DNA of 64,000 nucleotides from the NCBI GenBank assembly GCA_945938055.1, contig CAMEUH010000001.1:1807-65806 (forward strand), written 5' to 3'. The stretch comes from an uncultured Eubacteriaceae bacterium. Its GTDB lineage: Bacteria; Bacillota; Clostridia; Lachnospirales; Lachnospiraceae. The translations under genes and the position numbers were made by a program. Positions 9,648 to 20,013 of this stretch are shown piece after piece (the first letter of the stretch is position 1; each line of letters starts with the position of its first letter). Under the pieces are notes generated by a model, which saw only the letters and a list, made by a program, of their open reading frames with translations, was not told the DNA's origin and made no database searches.

Positions 9648-11498
9648 ATGTGTGGAATTGCCGGATTTTTTAATCCTGATAGCAATTACAAAGAAGAGGA
9701 ATCCAAATGGCTTCATGTTCTGGATGAAATGAATCATGCCCAGAGAAGAAGAGGGCCTGACGGCAGGGGAACTTATCTGAACTCCATCTGCGGCCTTGCC
9801 CATGTACGTCTGGCAATCATCGATCTTATGACAGGACAACAGCCACTTATTAAAAAGAGTCCAGGAAGAGAATGTGCCATCATTTTTAATGGTGAAATAT
9901 ATAATATGAAAGAACTGAAGGCGGAACTTCTACTGGAAGGAGCAAATTTTCAGACCACCAGTGATACTGAGGTTATTCTCGAAGGGTATATGTTACACGG
10001 AAAGGATTATATCAAAAAACTGAATGGAATATTTGCAATTGCATTATGGGATTCCGCCTCCCGGGAGCTTACCCTTTTTCGTGACCGTCTTGGTGTCAAA
10101 CCGCTGTTTTATACACTGGCTGACAATACCCTTGTATTTGCTTCTGAAATCAAAGGGTTATTTGCCTATCCCGGAGTCACACCTGTCATTGACAGAGAAG
10201 GACTTTGCGAAATATTTGCCCTGGGACCTGCTAAATCATACGGGAAAGGCGTTTTCAAAGATATTCTTGAAGTCCTGCCGGGTCAATGCCTCACCTTTCA
10301 TAAGCACTTCTGTACTAAAACCTTTTACTGGAAACTGGAAAGCCATCCTCACGAAGATTCCATCGAAGAAACCATTCAAAAGACAGCATGGCTTTTAGAA
10401 GATTCGGTAAAGAAGCAAATGCTCTCTGACATTCCAATCAGCACTTTTCTCTCTGGCGGCGTAGACAGCAGTCTGGTAACGGCAATCTGCGCAAAAGAAC
10501 TAAAAAAGCAGGGACATATGTTAAATACTTTTTCTTTTGATTTTAAAGATAATAACAAATACTTTCAGTCCAATTCCTTCCAGCCAAGCGAAGACCGCCC
10601 CTTTGTAGAGCAGATGGTTTCTTTTGCCAAAACCAGCCATCATTTTCTGGAATGCAGTAATGAAGAACAGTTTGAATGCCTGTACAAAGCAGTCGATGCC
10701 AGGGATTTGCCCTGCATGGCTGATGTGGAATCCTCCATGCTGTACTTTTGTTCCAAGGTAACAAACTATAATAAAGTCACCCTCACCGGGGAATGCGCCG
10801 ATGAAATCTTTGGCGGATATCCTTGGTTTCACAGTCTTGAAGCGTTTCAGACCGATGCATTTCCGTGGTCAAAAAGCATGAAACCGCGTCAGGCACTTTT
10901 AGATGATTCTCTTATACAGGAACTTCGCATGGAAGAATATGCACATGCCGCCTACGAAAAAACCATTCTTGAAACTCCCGTGCTTATTGAAGACACCCCT
11001 GAGGAAAAGCGCCGCCGTGAAATCTCATATCTGAATCTTCGCTGGTTTATGGTAACACTTCTTGACAGAATGGACCGCACCAGCATGTATAACGGTCTGG
11101 AGGCACGTGTTCCCCTTGCCGATCACCGAATTGTGGAATATATTTTCAATGTGCCCTGGGAAATGAAATGCCCGAATCAGATTGTAAAGGGCTTGCTCCG
11201 GCATGCCGGAGAAGGTCTGCTGCCAAAAGAAATTCTATGGCGAAGAAAAAGTCCTTATCCCAAAACTTATGACCCGGCATATGAAAAACTCCTTTCCACC
11301 AGGCTTAAGGAGGTACTTTCTGACAGCAATTCCCCAATACGTCCTCTGCTGGATACCAAAAAAGTGCATGTCTTTCTTGACAGTTCCTCAGACTACGGAA
11401 AGCCATGGTATGGACAGCTGATGGCAGGGCCTCAGATGCTTGCATATATGCTTCAGGTTAATTACTGGCTGGAGAAATATAATATTCGCATTATATAA
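9648..11498 (+). CDS. asnB: Asparagine synthase (glutamine-hydrolysing)
   Basis: MCGIAG Ntn amidotransferase start and the SGGVDSS PP-loop motif. 616 aa. Confidence 0.9.
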   Translation: MCGIAGFFNPDSNYKEEESKWLHVLDEMNHAQRRRGPDGRGTYLNSICGLAHVRLAIIDLMTGQQPLIKKSPGRECAIIFNGEIYNMKELKAELLLEGANFQTTSDTEVILEGYMLHGKDYIKKLNGIFAIALWDSASRELTLFRDRLGVKPLFYTLADNTLVFASEIKGLFAYPGVTPVIDREGLCEIFALGPAKSYGKGVFKDILEVLPGQCLTFHKHFCTKTFYWKLESHPHEDSIEETIQKTAWLLEDSVKKQMLSDIPISTFLSGGVDSSLVTAICAKELKKQGHMLNTFSFDFKDNNKYFQSNSFQPSEDRPFVEQMVSFAKTSHHFLECSNEEQFECLYKAVDARDLPCMADVESSMLYFCSKVTNYNKVTLTGECADEIFGGYPWFHSLEAFQTDAFPWSKSMKPRQALLDDSLIQELRMEEYAHAAYEKTILETPVLIEDTPEEKRRREISYLNLRWFMVTLLDRMDRTSMYNGLEARVPLADHRIVEYIFNVPWEMKCPNQIVKGLLRHAGEGLLPKEILWRRKSPYPKTYDPAYEKLLSTRLKEVLSDSNSPIRPLLDTKKVHVFLDSSSDYGKPWYGQLMAGPQMLAYMLQVNYWLEKYNIRII

Positions 11499-11512
11499 CA
11501 TCTTTCTTGAAA

Positions 11513-11556
11513 TAAAAAATCCTGCCGACATTCTTCTGCCGGCAGGATTTTATTTT
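11513..11556. terminator. Bidirectional terminator between convergent asnB and the uvrA-like gene
   Basis: ATCCTGCCG-loop-CGGCAGGAT flanked by an A-run upstream and TTTTATTTTT downstream. Confidence 0.7.
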
Positions 11557-11576
11557 TATTATTCTTCATCAATCAA

Positions 11577-13829
11577 TCAAAAAGCCTTTAAATATTTTGC
11601 TGTAATTGTTGTCCCACTTTCCTGCATTTGTTTGGGTGTTCCCATAAATACCACCTCGCCACCGGCGGTTCCACCATCCGGTCCGATGTCTATGATATAA
11701 TCTGCCATTTTCATGACATCCGTATTATGTTCAATGACAATCACGGTATTCCCCCGCCGGACCAGATTATCCAGCAACGTCATGATGCTCTTGATATCGG
11801 ACGCATGAAGTCCTGTGGTTGGTTCATCCAGAACATAGATATTTCCCTTTTTATGAAGCTCCTTTGCAAGCTTAACACGCTGTCTTTCACCACCACTTAA
11901 TGTGGAAAGCGGCTGCCCTAATGACAGATAAGGAAGCCCTGTCTCAAGAAGTGCGTCCAGATGTTTCTTGATCTTACGATTGTCCTTAAAAAAGTGTGCC
12001 GCATCCTCTACACTCATGTTCAAAACATCCACAATGCTTTTCCCATTGTATTTACATTCCAAAGCTTTACTGCTATATCTAGTGCCTCCGCAATATTCAC
12101 ATTTTGTCGTGACCGGTTCCATAAACACAAGCTCTGTTGTAATGAATCCTCTTCCATTACATGCGGGACAGGCGCCCTTACTATTAAAAGAAAATAACGA
12201 TGCCTCCTCGCATGTAGCTTCTGCAAATACCTTTCGGATTTCATCAAAAAATCCCAGATAAGTACACGCTGTGGAACGTCCCGTAGCGGTAATTGCACTC
12301 TGGTCGACCAGTACTACTTTGTCTTCATACTGCTTTGCAAAGACATCCCGAATCAAAGTCGACTTTCCGGAACCTGCAACTCCTGTTACAACCGTAAGAA
12401 CACCCAGCGGAATATCCACATCCACGTTTTTCAGATTATGAAGCCTTGCTCCCCTGACTGGAAGAAAACCCGTTGGTTTTCTTGGATTCTCCTTAAACGG
12501 TATGATTTCCTTCATGGCATTTCCCGTTAGTGTTCCGCTAAGAAGTAATGCCTCATAACTTCCCTGAAAGAGAATCTGTCCACCATTTTTCCCGGCAAAT
12601 GGTCCCACGTCAATCACTTCATCTGCAATACTTATGATATCCTTATCATGCTCTACAACCAGTACTGTATTTCCTTTATCTCTTAAGCTTTTTAACAGCC
12701 TTGCCATACGGTGAACATCCCTTGGATGCATACCGGTACTAGGCTCATCAAAGATATAAATCATCCCCGTGAGCGAACTTCCCATATAGCGGACAAGCTT
12801 CAGTCTCTGGGCTTCTCCACCCGAAAGTGTAGAAGATTCCCGGTTCATGCTAAGATAAGGAAGACCGATATCAATCATGCGGTCAAGAGATGCCGTAAGT
12901 GCCGCTTTCATTGACTCTGCCCTTACATCCGTAATTTTCGATAATTCCTCCCTGAGCCTTGAAAATTCCATCTCGCACATATCCACAATACTATATCCGT
13001 TAATCCGGCAGGACAGTGCCTCAGGATTAAGTCTTTTCCCCTGGCAATCCGGACAAACAGTTTCTTCCATGTACATGTTAATCTTTTTTAAAGTATTATC
13101 ATTTTGTTCCTCCGGTCCTTTCATCAGGCAGAGTCTTTTAAACTGATTATAAACACCCTCTATCTTCTTATCAATCCGCTCACCGTCTTTTGCGCGGCTT
13201 CCGTACAGAAGAATATTCTGTTCTTCTGTGGACAAATCTTTCCACTTCTTGGTTACATCAAACAAGTCCGGTCTTCGATATAATTTCCAATAATACTTCC
13301 CAGGGCCAAATGCCGGCAGATTAAAAATCCCCTCTTCATAAGACTTGTCCTCCTGAATCAGCTTATGAATGTCAAGTTCCATCACCTTTCCAATTCCCGC
13401 ACAGGTCTTACACATTCCGTTTGGATTATTAAAGGAAAAGTAAGATGCCGGTCCAATCTTTGGCGTGCCGATTCTTGAAAATAAGACTCTAAGTGTTGAA
13501 TACATGTCGCTGATGGTTCCAACCGTCGACCTTGCATTTCCACCCAGTCTGCTTTGGTCAATCACCACGGAAGGATTCAAGTTATCAATATATTCTACAT
13601 TAGGTCTTTCATATTTTGGAAGTCTTCCCCGAATCCATGCCGTATAAGTTTCATTCATCTGGCGCTGGCTTTCCGCCGCAATGGTATCAAACACAATACT
13701 TGATTTTCCGGAACCGGAAACACCGGTAAATACCACGATTTTGTTTTTGGGAATCTTTAGTGAAACATTTTTGAGGTTATTTTGTTTCAGCCCCTTTATG
13801 ATAATATCTTTTACTTCCACTCTTTTCAC
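11577..13829 (-). CDS. UvrA-like ABC ATPase, short class II (UvrA2-type)
   Basis: Two ABC modules (GVSGSGKSS, GVAGSGKST, LSGGEAQR, LSGGERQR) and Zn modules (CPDCQGKR, CPACNGRG, CEYCGGTRY). About 750 aa versus about 940 for canonical UvrA. GTG 13829 overlaps the MerR stop as GTGA. Confidence 0.85.
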   Translation of the reverse strand: MKRVEVKDIIIKGLKQNNLKNVSLKIPKNKIVVFTGVSGSGKSSIVFDTIAAESQRQMNETYTAWIRGRLPKYERPNVEYIDNLNPSVVIDQSRLGGNARSTVGTISDMYSTLRVLFSRIGTPKIGPASYFSFNNPNGMCKTCAGIGKVMELDIHKLIQEDKSYEEGIFNLPAFGPGKYYWKLYRRPDLFDVTKKWKDLSTEEQNILLYGSRAKDGERIDKKIEGVYNQFKRLCLMKGPEEQNDNTLKKINMYMEETVCPDCQGKRLNPEALSCRINGYSIVDMCEMEFSRLREELSKITDVRAESMKAALTASLDRMIDIGLPYLSMNRESSTLSGGEAQRLKLVRYMGSSLTGMIYIFDEPSTGMHPRDVHRMARLLKSLRDKGNTVLVVEHDKDIISIADEVIDVGPFAGKNGGQILFQGSYEALLLSGTLTGNAMKEIIPFKENPRKPTGFLPVRGARLHNLKNVDVDIPLGVLTVVTGVAGSGKSTLIRDVFAKQYEDKVVLVDQSAITATGRSTACTYLGFFDEIRKVFAEATCEEASLFSFNSKGACPACNGRGFITTELVFMEPVTTKCEYCGGTRYSSKALECKYNGKSIVDVLNMSVEDAAHFFKDNRKIKKHLDALLETGLPYLSLGQPLSTLSGGERQRVKLAKELHKKGNIYVLDEPTTGLHASDIKSIMTLLDNLVRRGNTVIVIEHNTDVMKMADYIIDIGPDGGTAGGEVVFMGTPKQMQESGTTITAKYLKAF

Positions 13830-14674
13830 CTCTTCCTTACAGGAATCTGAATTTCTGAAAGCCATTCCTCTTCGCTCTCTTTATTCCATACACCATCAAT
13901 GTAATTTTCCCGAATGTTTCCGCAGATTTCATACCCATTTTCTTCAATGTAATTTAATATGGCTGCATATGTCTGCGGGAAATCGTTATAAGACCCTTTG
14001 TGAAAAATGCAGGCAGCCTGGATTTCCGGAAATTCTTTGAATTTCACAATCTTAGAATCCTCTTTTTTCTCTGTCACCGCCTCACAGGTTTCAACCAGAA
14101 TCTGTTCCTCTTTGTATCCCGTTTCCAGATAGTGGGTATAACAATACTCTGTAACTGCACACTCACAGCCAAGCCGTTCCATTTCCGCTCCCATGGATGG
14201 CATCATTTCAAATAATGCATCATAGGATTCTATCCGCTTTCGCATAGTTGCCGCTATAACCGCCGGAATCGTCTTTACTAAAACCGGTGCCTCTATGGAA
14301 CTTCTCGCATCTGTCATATATCCGTCAATAACTGCAATCTGTTTTGTTATCTCTGCAATTTTTGACAGAAGCTCTGCTCTTTTTCTGGAAAGAAATGCGT
14401 TCTCATCTGCCCCGTTCTTTAGATGAACAATATCTTCCAGCGTAAATCCCGCCTGCTTTAATGCAGAAATCTGATGAAGTTCTGCCATCTGATTCATGGT
14501 ATAATACCGGTATCCATTTTCCTCATCCACATATGCCGGGACAAGCAGCCCCTGTTCTTCATAAAACCGCAATGTTTTTACGGTAATATGGTTCATTTGT
14601 GCAAACATGCCTATCTTGTATAGACGGTTGTTTTCTTTCTCTTTGCAATAGCTGTGTTTTTCATACATTTTCAT
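13826..14674 (-). CDS. MerR-family regulator with GyrI-like (BmrR/TipA-type) effector domain
   Basis: HTH YKIGMFAQMNHITVKTLRFYEEQGLL, a coiled-coil linker, and a ~150-aa C-terminal domain. ATG 14674 chosen behind a GAGGTGA RBS. Confidence 0.85.
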   Translation of the reverse strand: MKMYEKHSYCKEKENNRLYKIGMFAQMNHITVKTLRFYEEQGLLVPAYVDEENGYRYYTMNQMAELHQISALKQAGFTLEDIVHLKNGADENAFLSRKRAELLSKIAEITKQIAVIDGYMTDARSSIEAPVLVKTIPAVIAATMRKRIESYDALFEMMPSMGAEMERLGCECAVTEYCYTHYLETGYKEEQILVETCEAVTEKKEDSKIVKFKEFPEIQAACIFHKGSYNDFPQTYAAILNYIEENGYEICGNIRENYIDGVWNKESEEEWLSEIQIPVRKR

Positions 14675-14723
14675 AAAAATCACCTCTGCCCTTTTTCATC
14701 GTCCTGTAACCTGTCATGAAGGG

Positions 14724-14755
14724 ATTATACATCCTCCCCTTAAGGGGAGAGTCAA
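14724..14755 (-). promoter_or_regulatory. MerR-type promoter with operator dyad in an over-long spacer
   Basis: Minus strand TTGACT, 20-nt spacer, TATAAT. The spacer contains the perfect palindrome CTCCCCTTAAGGGGAG (14734-14749). Confidence 0.65.
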
Positions 14756-14791
14756 GCAGAAATTAATATTTCGTTTCTCCTTAACTATCAC

Positions 14792-15547
14792 CTATCCTTT
14801 TTCAGAATATACAATCATCTGAATACTATTATTAGTATACGGATTTCCTTTCACATCAGCAAAAGCCTTCTGCACCTTCATCCCCAGTAATTTCATGATG
14901 TTTTGAATTTCCGCATATGTATATAGTCTTGTTGGATTTCCATACTCCATCTCAACTTTTGGCAGCGTGCTTCCGTATAAATAATCCAGTTGTCCATACA
15001 GCATTGTTTTCGTTTCCGGATTCCATTGAAATCCGGAAAGCGTAAGTCCTTTTTCTCCTTCCTCCCACAACTTACATGGGAAATGGCTGGCGGCATAATC
15101 ACCGCTCATAATGTCCATATAATGCTTTCCACCCGGTTTCAAAGCCTTTGAAATTACCTCGAAGATTTTATAATTTTCCTCATCATTTTCCAGATAACCG
15201 ATTGCTCCGTCTGCCATATTAAGAACAACATCAAACTCATTTTCAAATGGTACCTGTCTAATGTCACTTTGTATGAAATGCGCCGGAAAATGATGTTTTT
15301 TCGCCTGTTCGTTTCCATAATCCACATATTGTTTCGTTATATCAACCCCTACAACCTCATATCCACGCTTTGCAAACTCTAAAGCATGCCTCCCATACCC
15401 GCAGGCGAGATCTAATATTTTTTCGTTTCCGTTAAGTTCTAATGTTTTAATAATAAAGTCCACCTGGCTTACCGTATTTTCAGTCCATGACTGATTCATG
15501 ATATCCAGGTTCCATCCGTGTTTATACCAATCCGCATTCTTGTTCAT
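14792..15547 (-). CDS. Class I SAM-dependent methyltransferase
   Basis: Motif I ILDLACGYGRH and motif II-like DVVLNM. 251 aa. Confidence 0.85.
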   Translation of the reverse strand: MNKNADWYKHGWNLDIMNQSWTENTVSQVDFIIKTLELNGNEKILDLACGYGRHALEFAKRGYEVVGVDITKQYVDYGNEQAKKHHFPAHFIQSDIRQVPFENEFDVVLNMADGAIGYLENDEENYKIFEVISKALKPGGKHYMDIMSGDYAASHFPCKLWEEGEKGLTLSGFQWNPETKTMLYGQLDYLYGSTLPKVEMEYGNPTRLYTYAEIQNIMKLLGMKVQKAFADVKGNPYTNNSIQMIVYSEKG

Positions 15548-15685
15548 ATGATTTACTTTCCTTTCTTATATTTGACGCGTCTATTAATAGAATATAAGAA
15601 AAATAAAAAAATACTAGACTTTTTATTTAAAATAATATATTGTTATGTAATAGGTGCGGATATTTTTCATATTTTTCATATTCTT

Positions 15686-16705
15686 CTATTTTGTTAGAAG
15701 ATTGATTAAACTCTTGGAAATAGGTTCATAATGCTCATCAGAAATACCAAAATCCATCTCCTTATAACTCCATACCGCACAATGGATATGATATTTTCCA
15801 AATACATCCATGATATCTTCAAACCAGCGAAGTGTGTCCTGTACAGGAGCTCTGTCAATCACACCGAACTCGCCGCAGTAAAGTCTCACGTCGGCATTAT
15901 TTGCAGCGTCAACCGCCTCCTTAACCATCTCCTCCAGAAATGGCCTTCCTATTTCCTTACATTGTGAAACAACTACATCTTTACCTTTGTCACCAATAAG
16001 TCTGGATACTTCCTTGTAATATTCCATGGACCGAGGATACAGAATATCCATGTCCATAGGCATATTAGGCACCCAGTATGCTTTCTGATGCGTAAAGATT
16101 AGTGGCTCATACATATGAAAGGTATAAATGATATTTTTATCCTGCGGCATATCCAACAGCTTAAGTGTTCTTGCACTATTCCACTGAATGCCACCATAAA
16201 TGATTGGGGTATTTGGCGCATATACTCTTATTTCCTTTACCGTTTCATTGATAAGCCGATTCCACAAGTCGGCATTTTCCTCCTCTACGACCTCATTCAG
16301 GAGTTCGAATGCCACTTGCTTAAAGCTTCCGTACCTTTTTGCCAGTCTGACCCACAAATCCACAAATCTTTTTTTCAGTACATCGCTTGTGAAAAGGTTA
16401 TTCTTGTCAGAATCTCCTGCATCATTAAAATCATACCCAAATGCCTTGTGCAAATCCAGAACAATATCAAGATGATAATCCTCACACCATTTTATCATCT
16501 GATCAACAAAGACCATTCCTTCCTTATTTTCCCTGGCATTGTCATCTTCTAAAACCTCATAATCAATCGGGAGACGAATATGGTCAAATCCCCACTCTGC
16601 CACTTTTTTTACATCCTCTTCCGATATAAATCTTCTGTAATGCTCCAATGAATGTTCGCACTGTGAAAGATAACCACCAAAATTAATTCCTCTTAAAAGT
16701 TCCAT
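15686..16705 (-). CDS. Glycoside hydrolase family 5 (cellulase/mannanase-like), no signal peptide
   Basis: Catalytic LLNEV (acid/base) and CGEFG (nucleophile). Start moved to ATG 16705 (MELLRGINFGGY) behind GAAAGGAG. Confidence 0.85.
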   Translation of the reverse strand: MELLRGINFGGYLSQCEHSLEHYRRFISEEDVKKVAEWGFDHIRLPIDYEVLEDDNARENKEGMVFVDQMIKWCEDYHLDIVLDLHKAFGYDFNDAGDSDKNNLFTSDVLKKRFVDLWVRLAKRYGSFKQVAFELLNEVVEEENADLWNRLINETVKEIRVYAPNTPIIYGGIQWNSARTLKLLDMPQDKNIIYTFHMYEPLIFTHQKAYWVPNMPMDMDILYPRSMEYYKEVSRLIGDKGKDVVVSQCKEIGRPFLEEMVKEAVDAANNADVRLYCGEFGVIDRAPVQDTLRWFEDIMDVFGKYHIHCAVWSYKEMDFGISDEHYEPISKSLINLLTK

Positions 16706-16871
16706 GCTTCTTCTCCTTTCAAATAAATCATGCCTAATATTCCGCTCATATATTGTGATTATGATTATCACATATATACTTTACGATATTTTTTATCATC
16801 CTTATATCATAATATTCGCTTTCATGATATAATATTGTTACATATTTCTTCGAACCTGAAAGGATATTTTT

Positions 16872-17639
16872 ATGAAAAACAGTTTATCCGGTACCACCAA
16901 CCAGATTTTATCCCACAAACTTTTTTTGAATAGAGAACAGGGTATCTCCCATCTTGCCTACGATAAGGAACTTTCTTTCTACAGCTCCGTAAAATCCGGA
17001 AATCTTGATGCGGTAAAGAAGATTATGCTCCCCCTGAAAAATGAATTTCTGGGCTGTCTGTCCCAGAATCCTGTGAGAAACCTTAAGTATCACCTTACCA
17101 TTACCATTGCTCTTATCACCCGTTTTTGTATCGAAGGTGGTCTTCCGCCTGAAACCGCCTATACGCTGAGTGACATCTATATACAGCGCCTGGATTTATG
17201 CAATGAAGAAGCTGCAATCACAAAGCTCCACCAGGAGGTTGTCTTTGATTTCACAAACCGGATGCGTGAACTGAAAAAGAACTCTGTCATGCCACTTTCC
17301 ATTGTAAAGTCAATGGATTACATCTATGAACATCTCCACGAAAAAATTCTTCTGGATACGCTTGCTGACCATGTAAATATAAACAAGTCATACCTGTGCA
17401 AGCTTTTCAAGTCTGAAACAGGTATGACTGTTGGAAATTACATTATGAAACTTAAGCTTGAAGCCGCAGGAAACATGCTGATATATACGGACTACTCCCC
17501 TGTGGAGATTGGAAACTATTTTTCCTTTTCATCCCACAGCCATTTTATAAAAGCATTCCGGCAGGCGACCGGAATGACGCCAAAGGAGTATCGTGAGAGA
17601 AACTATCGGAAGCATTTTGATGGTTGGGAAGGAAGCTGA
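16872..17639 (+). CDS. AraC-family transcriptional regulator
   Basis: C-terminal dual HTH (LADHVNINKSYLCKLFK ... FSSHSHFIKAFRQATGMTPKEYR). Divergent from the GH5 gene. Confidence 0.85.
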   Translation: MKNSLSGTTNQILSHKLFLNREQGISHLAYDKELSFYSSVKSGNLDAVKKIMLPLKNEFLGCLSQNPVRNLKYHLTITIALITRFCIEGGLPPETAYTLSDIYIQRLDLCNEEAAITKLHQEVVFDFTNRMRELKKNSVMPLSIVKSMDYIYEHLHEKILLDTLADHVNINKSYLCKLFKSETGMTVGNYIMKLKLEAAGNMLIYTDYSPVEIGNYFSFSSHSHFIKAFRQATGMTPKEYRERNYRKHFDGWEGS

Positions 17640-17656
17640 AAATCTCTGCTATCTTG

Positions 17657-19405
17657 CTAAGTATAATACTCCACAATATCCTCCAACCTTTTTCTTGGAC
17701 GCATCGATGGTTTTTCTGCCTTATAGCCTAATGCAATAGCACCCACTAATTCCGCATCCAATCCAATATACTCAATCAGTTTTTGATATGCAAAACAGGT
17801 ATTGCCAATCCACAATGATCCAACATTTAATTTCTCTGCCTCTAACAACATATTTTCTATCGATGCACCGATCGACAGAAAATCATTCATTTCTGTAAAC
17901 CTATCATCTGCATTTATCTGGGCAAAAGGTGATTTTCCATTTGTATTAAATACAATAATTACTATTGGAGCGCCCTCCATAATTCGCAGTGTATTGTAAG
18001 CATCCGGAATTCCACTAACAGATAAAGGAAGCTCTGGTTGCATTTCCTCGTTCTCAATGCCTTCCCTCATAATTGCAAGCAACTGCTCTTTCGCCTTTCC
18101 GCTATATACAAGATACTTCCAAGGCTGGCGGTTCTTGGCTGATGGTGCTACTCTTCCTGCATCTATTATCTGCTTCAAAATATTATTTGAAATTGGCTTT
18201 TCTTCATATTTTCGAATGCTACGACGAGTGTATATCGCTTCATTTTTCTGTACAGACAATTCTCTCCTCTCATACTCTTCAATCAGTTTCGGCTGTATCA
18301 ATGGATATGTCCAGTTTTCTGGCAATTCATCCATAAGCACAACCTTCTCCATCTCACTATCCAGCTTACCAGAAAATTCTGATATTTCAGCATAACAAAG
18401 TAACCCGAAAGTTTCCTCGCCTATCTCATTTACTCGGTTCTTTCCCGTAACGGAATAGACACACACAGGCTTAATCTCAAAGCTGACCGCTCCTGTTTCT
18501 TCCTGTAACTCTCTTTTTGCCGTTTCAAGAATATCTTCGCCAGCTTCCCTATGTCCACCTGGTGCCTCATATGTATCACGTTCCTTATGCTTGCAAAATA
18601 CCCATTTACCATTGCTTTTAGAAATGATGACAGCAAATTTTAGTAGGGAATCATCGACTGAGTCGTAAAATTTTACCTTTAACATTTCATCTTTTTCCTT
18701 GTTTTGTCCAATTTCTTCCATATATCCTGCAGTAATAATTCCGGCAGGCAAAGCTACAATTGCTATACCAAATAACGAACTAATCATTGTTATTACTTTT
18801 CCAATATCTGATACTGCATAAATATCTCCATATCCTACTGTTGTCAACGATACGGTCGCCCAATATATTGCATCAAAAAAATTATTATATGTATCCGGTT
18901 CTACATTAAACATTATTAATGCGGTAACGAGTATATATCCCACTGCCAAAATCGCTACTATGGCCAGACTATCTTTTTGTCTTTTAAATACTTTAACCAA
19001 TATATCTACATTCTTAGAATAGCGAAAACCTTTAAACACCCGAAAAACTCTAAATGTCCTTATCAGTCTTGCTATCCTAAGCATCTTTATTCCTTTATTT
19101 ACAACAATAAATGATGGTAATATCGATATCAAATCAATCAAAGCCATTACTGAGAAAGGATATAGCATAAATGATATTTTTCCTTTACCCAGTTTATAAT
19201 CTGCCGTAATTAATCTTAGTAAATAATCAATGATAAAGATTGCAACAGTAATACCCTCCATCATATTAAAGACCCCATTTTCCTCTTTAAAAGCAAGTGG
19301 AATCAGGCTTATGACAATAACTATCATCATACAAACGTCATATATTTTGCTTATGCGATCCCTATCTTTACCTACTTCTATAATCTCATATATTCTTTTT
19401 CGCAT
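17657..19405 (-). CDS. Three-domain fusion: 6-TM voltage-sensor-type K+ channel, NUDIX hydrolase, nitroreductase
   Basis: S4-like RIARLIRTFRVFRVFKGFR and selectivity filter TTVGYGD. Nudix box GGHREAGEDILETAKRELQEETG. Nitroreductase RRSIRKY...APSAKNRQPW. One uninterrupted 582-aa frame. Confidence 0.8.
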   Translation of the reverse strand: MRKRIYEIIEVGKDRDRISKIYDVCMMIVIVISLIPLAFKEENGVFNMMEGITVAIFIIDYLLRLITADYKLGKGKISFMLYPFSVMALIDLISILPSFIVVNKGIKMLRIARLIRTFRVFRVFKGFRYSKNVDILVKVFKRQKDSLAIVAILAVGYILVTALIMFNVEPDTYNNFFDAIYWATVSLTTVGYGDIYAVSDIGKVITMISSLFGIAIVALPAGIITAGYMEEIGQNKEKDEMLKVKFYDSVDDSLLKFAVIISKSNGKWVFCKHKERDTYEAPGGHREAGEDILETAKRELQEETGAVSFEIKPVCVYSVTGKNRVNEIGEETFGLLCYAEISEFSGKLDSEMEKVVLMDELPENWTYPLIQPKLIEEYERRELSVQKNEAIYTRRSIRKYEEKPISNNILKQIIDAGRVAPSAKNRQPWKYLVYSGKAKEQLLAIMREGIENEEMQPELPLSVSGIPDAYNTLRIMEGAPIVIIVFNTNGKSPFAQINADDRFTEMNDFLSIGASIENMLLEAEKLNVGSLWIGNTCFAYQKLIEYIGLDAELVGAIALGYKAEKPSMRPRKRLEDIVEYYT

Positions 19406-19517
19406 TTTATCCCCTTACTCATTCTTATTCAGTCTACGATATCTGCAACTTCCATGCATTTTACCATAATATTGTAGCATCAAATGATTTTTTCTTCCAC
19501 GATATTATTTATTAAAC

Positions 19518-19552
19518 ACAAAAAGCCCTTGCAAACATAACGTTTGCAAGGG
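19518..19552 (-). terminator. Rho-independent terminator after rpsI
   Basis: Minus strand CCCTTGCAAAC-loop-GTTTGCAAGGG followed by CTTTTTGTG. Confidence 0.75.
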
Positions 19553-19577
19553 TTTGAATTCTCCTGAAATAAATTGA

Positions 19578-19985
19578 TTATCTCTTTGAGAACTGCGGCG
19601 CACGACGAGCTGCCTTTAAGCCGTACTTCTTTCTTTCCTTCATTCTTGGGTCTCTTGTTAAGAAACCTGCCTTCTTTAATGCTGGTCTGTATTCATCTGA
19701 ATCAGCCTGAAGTAATGCTCTGGAGATACCATGTCTGATAGCACCAGCCTGACCTGTATATCCACCACCGTGAACATTTACTAAAACATCAAATTTATCA
19801 GCTGTTCCTGTTAATACAAGAGGCTGCTTAACGATAACCTTGAGGGTTTCAAGACCGAAATACTCATCAAGGCTTCTCTTATTAATTGTGACATTACCTG
19901 TACCAGGTACTAAGTATACTCTGGCGATACTCTTCTTTCTTCTGCCTGTTCCGTAGAACTTTGCGTTATTGCTCTTCTTAGCCAT
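19578..19985 (-). CDS. rpsI: 30S ribosomal protein S9
   Basis: [13 protein letters not shown] start and C-terminal PQFSKR. Follows rplM. Confidence 0.97.
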   Translation of the reverse strand: MAKKSNNAKFYGTGRRKKSIARVYLVPGTGNVTINKRSLDEYFGLETLKVIVKQPLVLTGTADKFDVLVNVHGGGYTGQAGAIRHGISRALLQADSDEYRPALKKAGFLTRDPRMKERKKYGLKAARRAPQFSKR

Positions 19986-20013
19986 TGTTATTTCCTTCCT
20001 TTCGTTACCTTAA

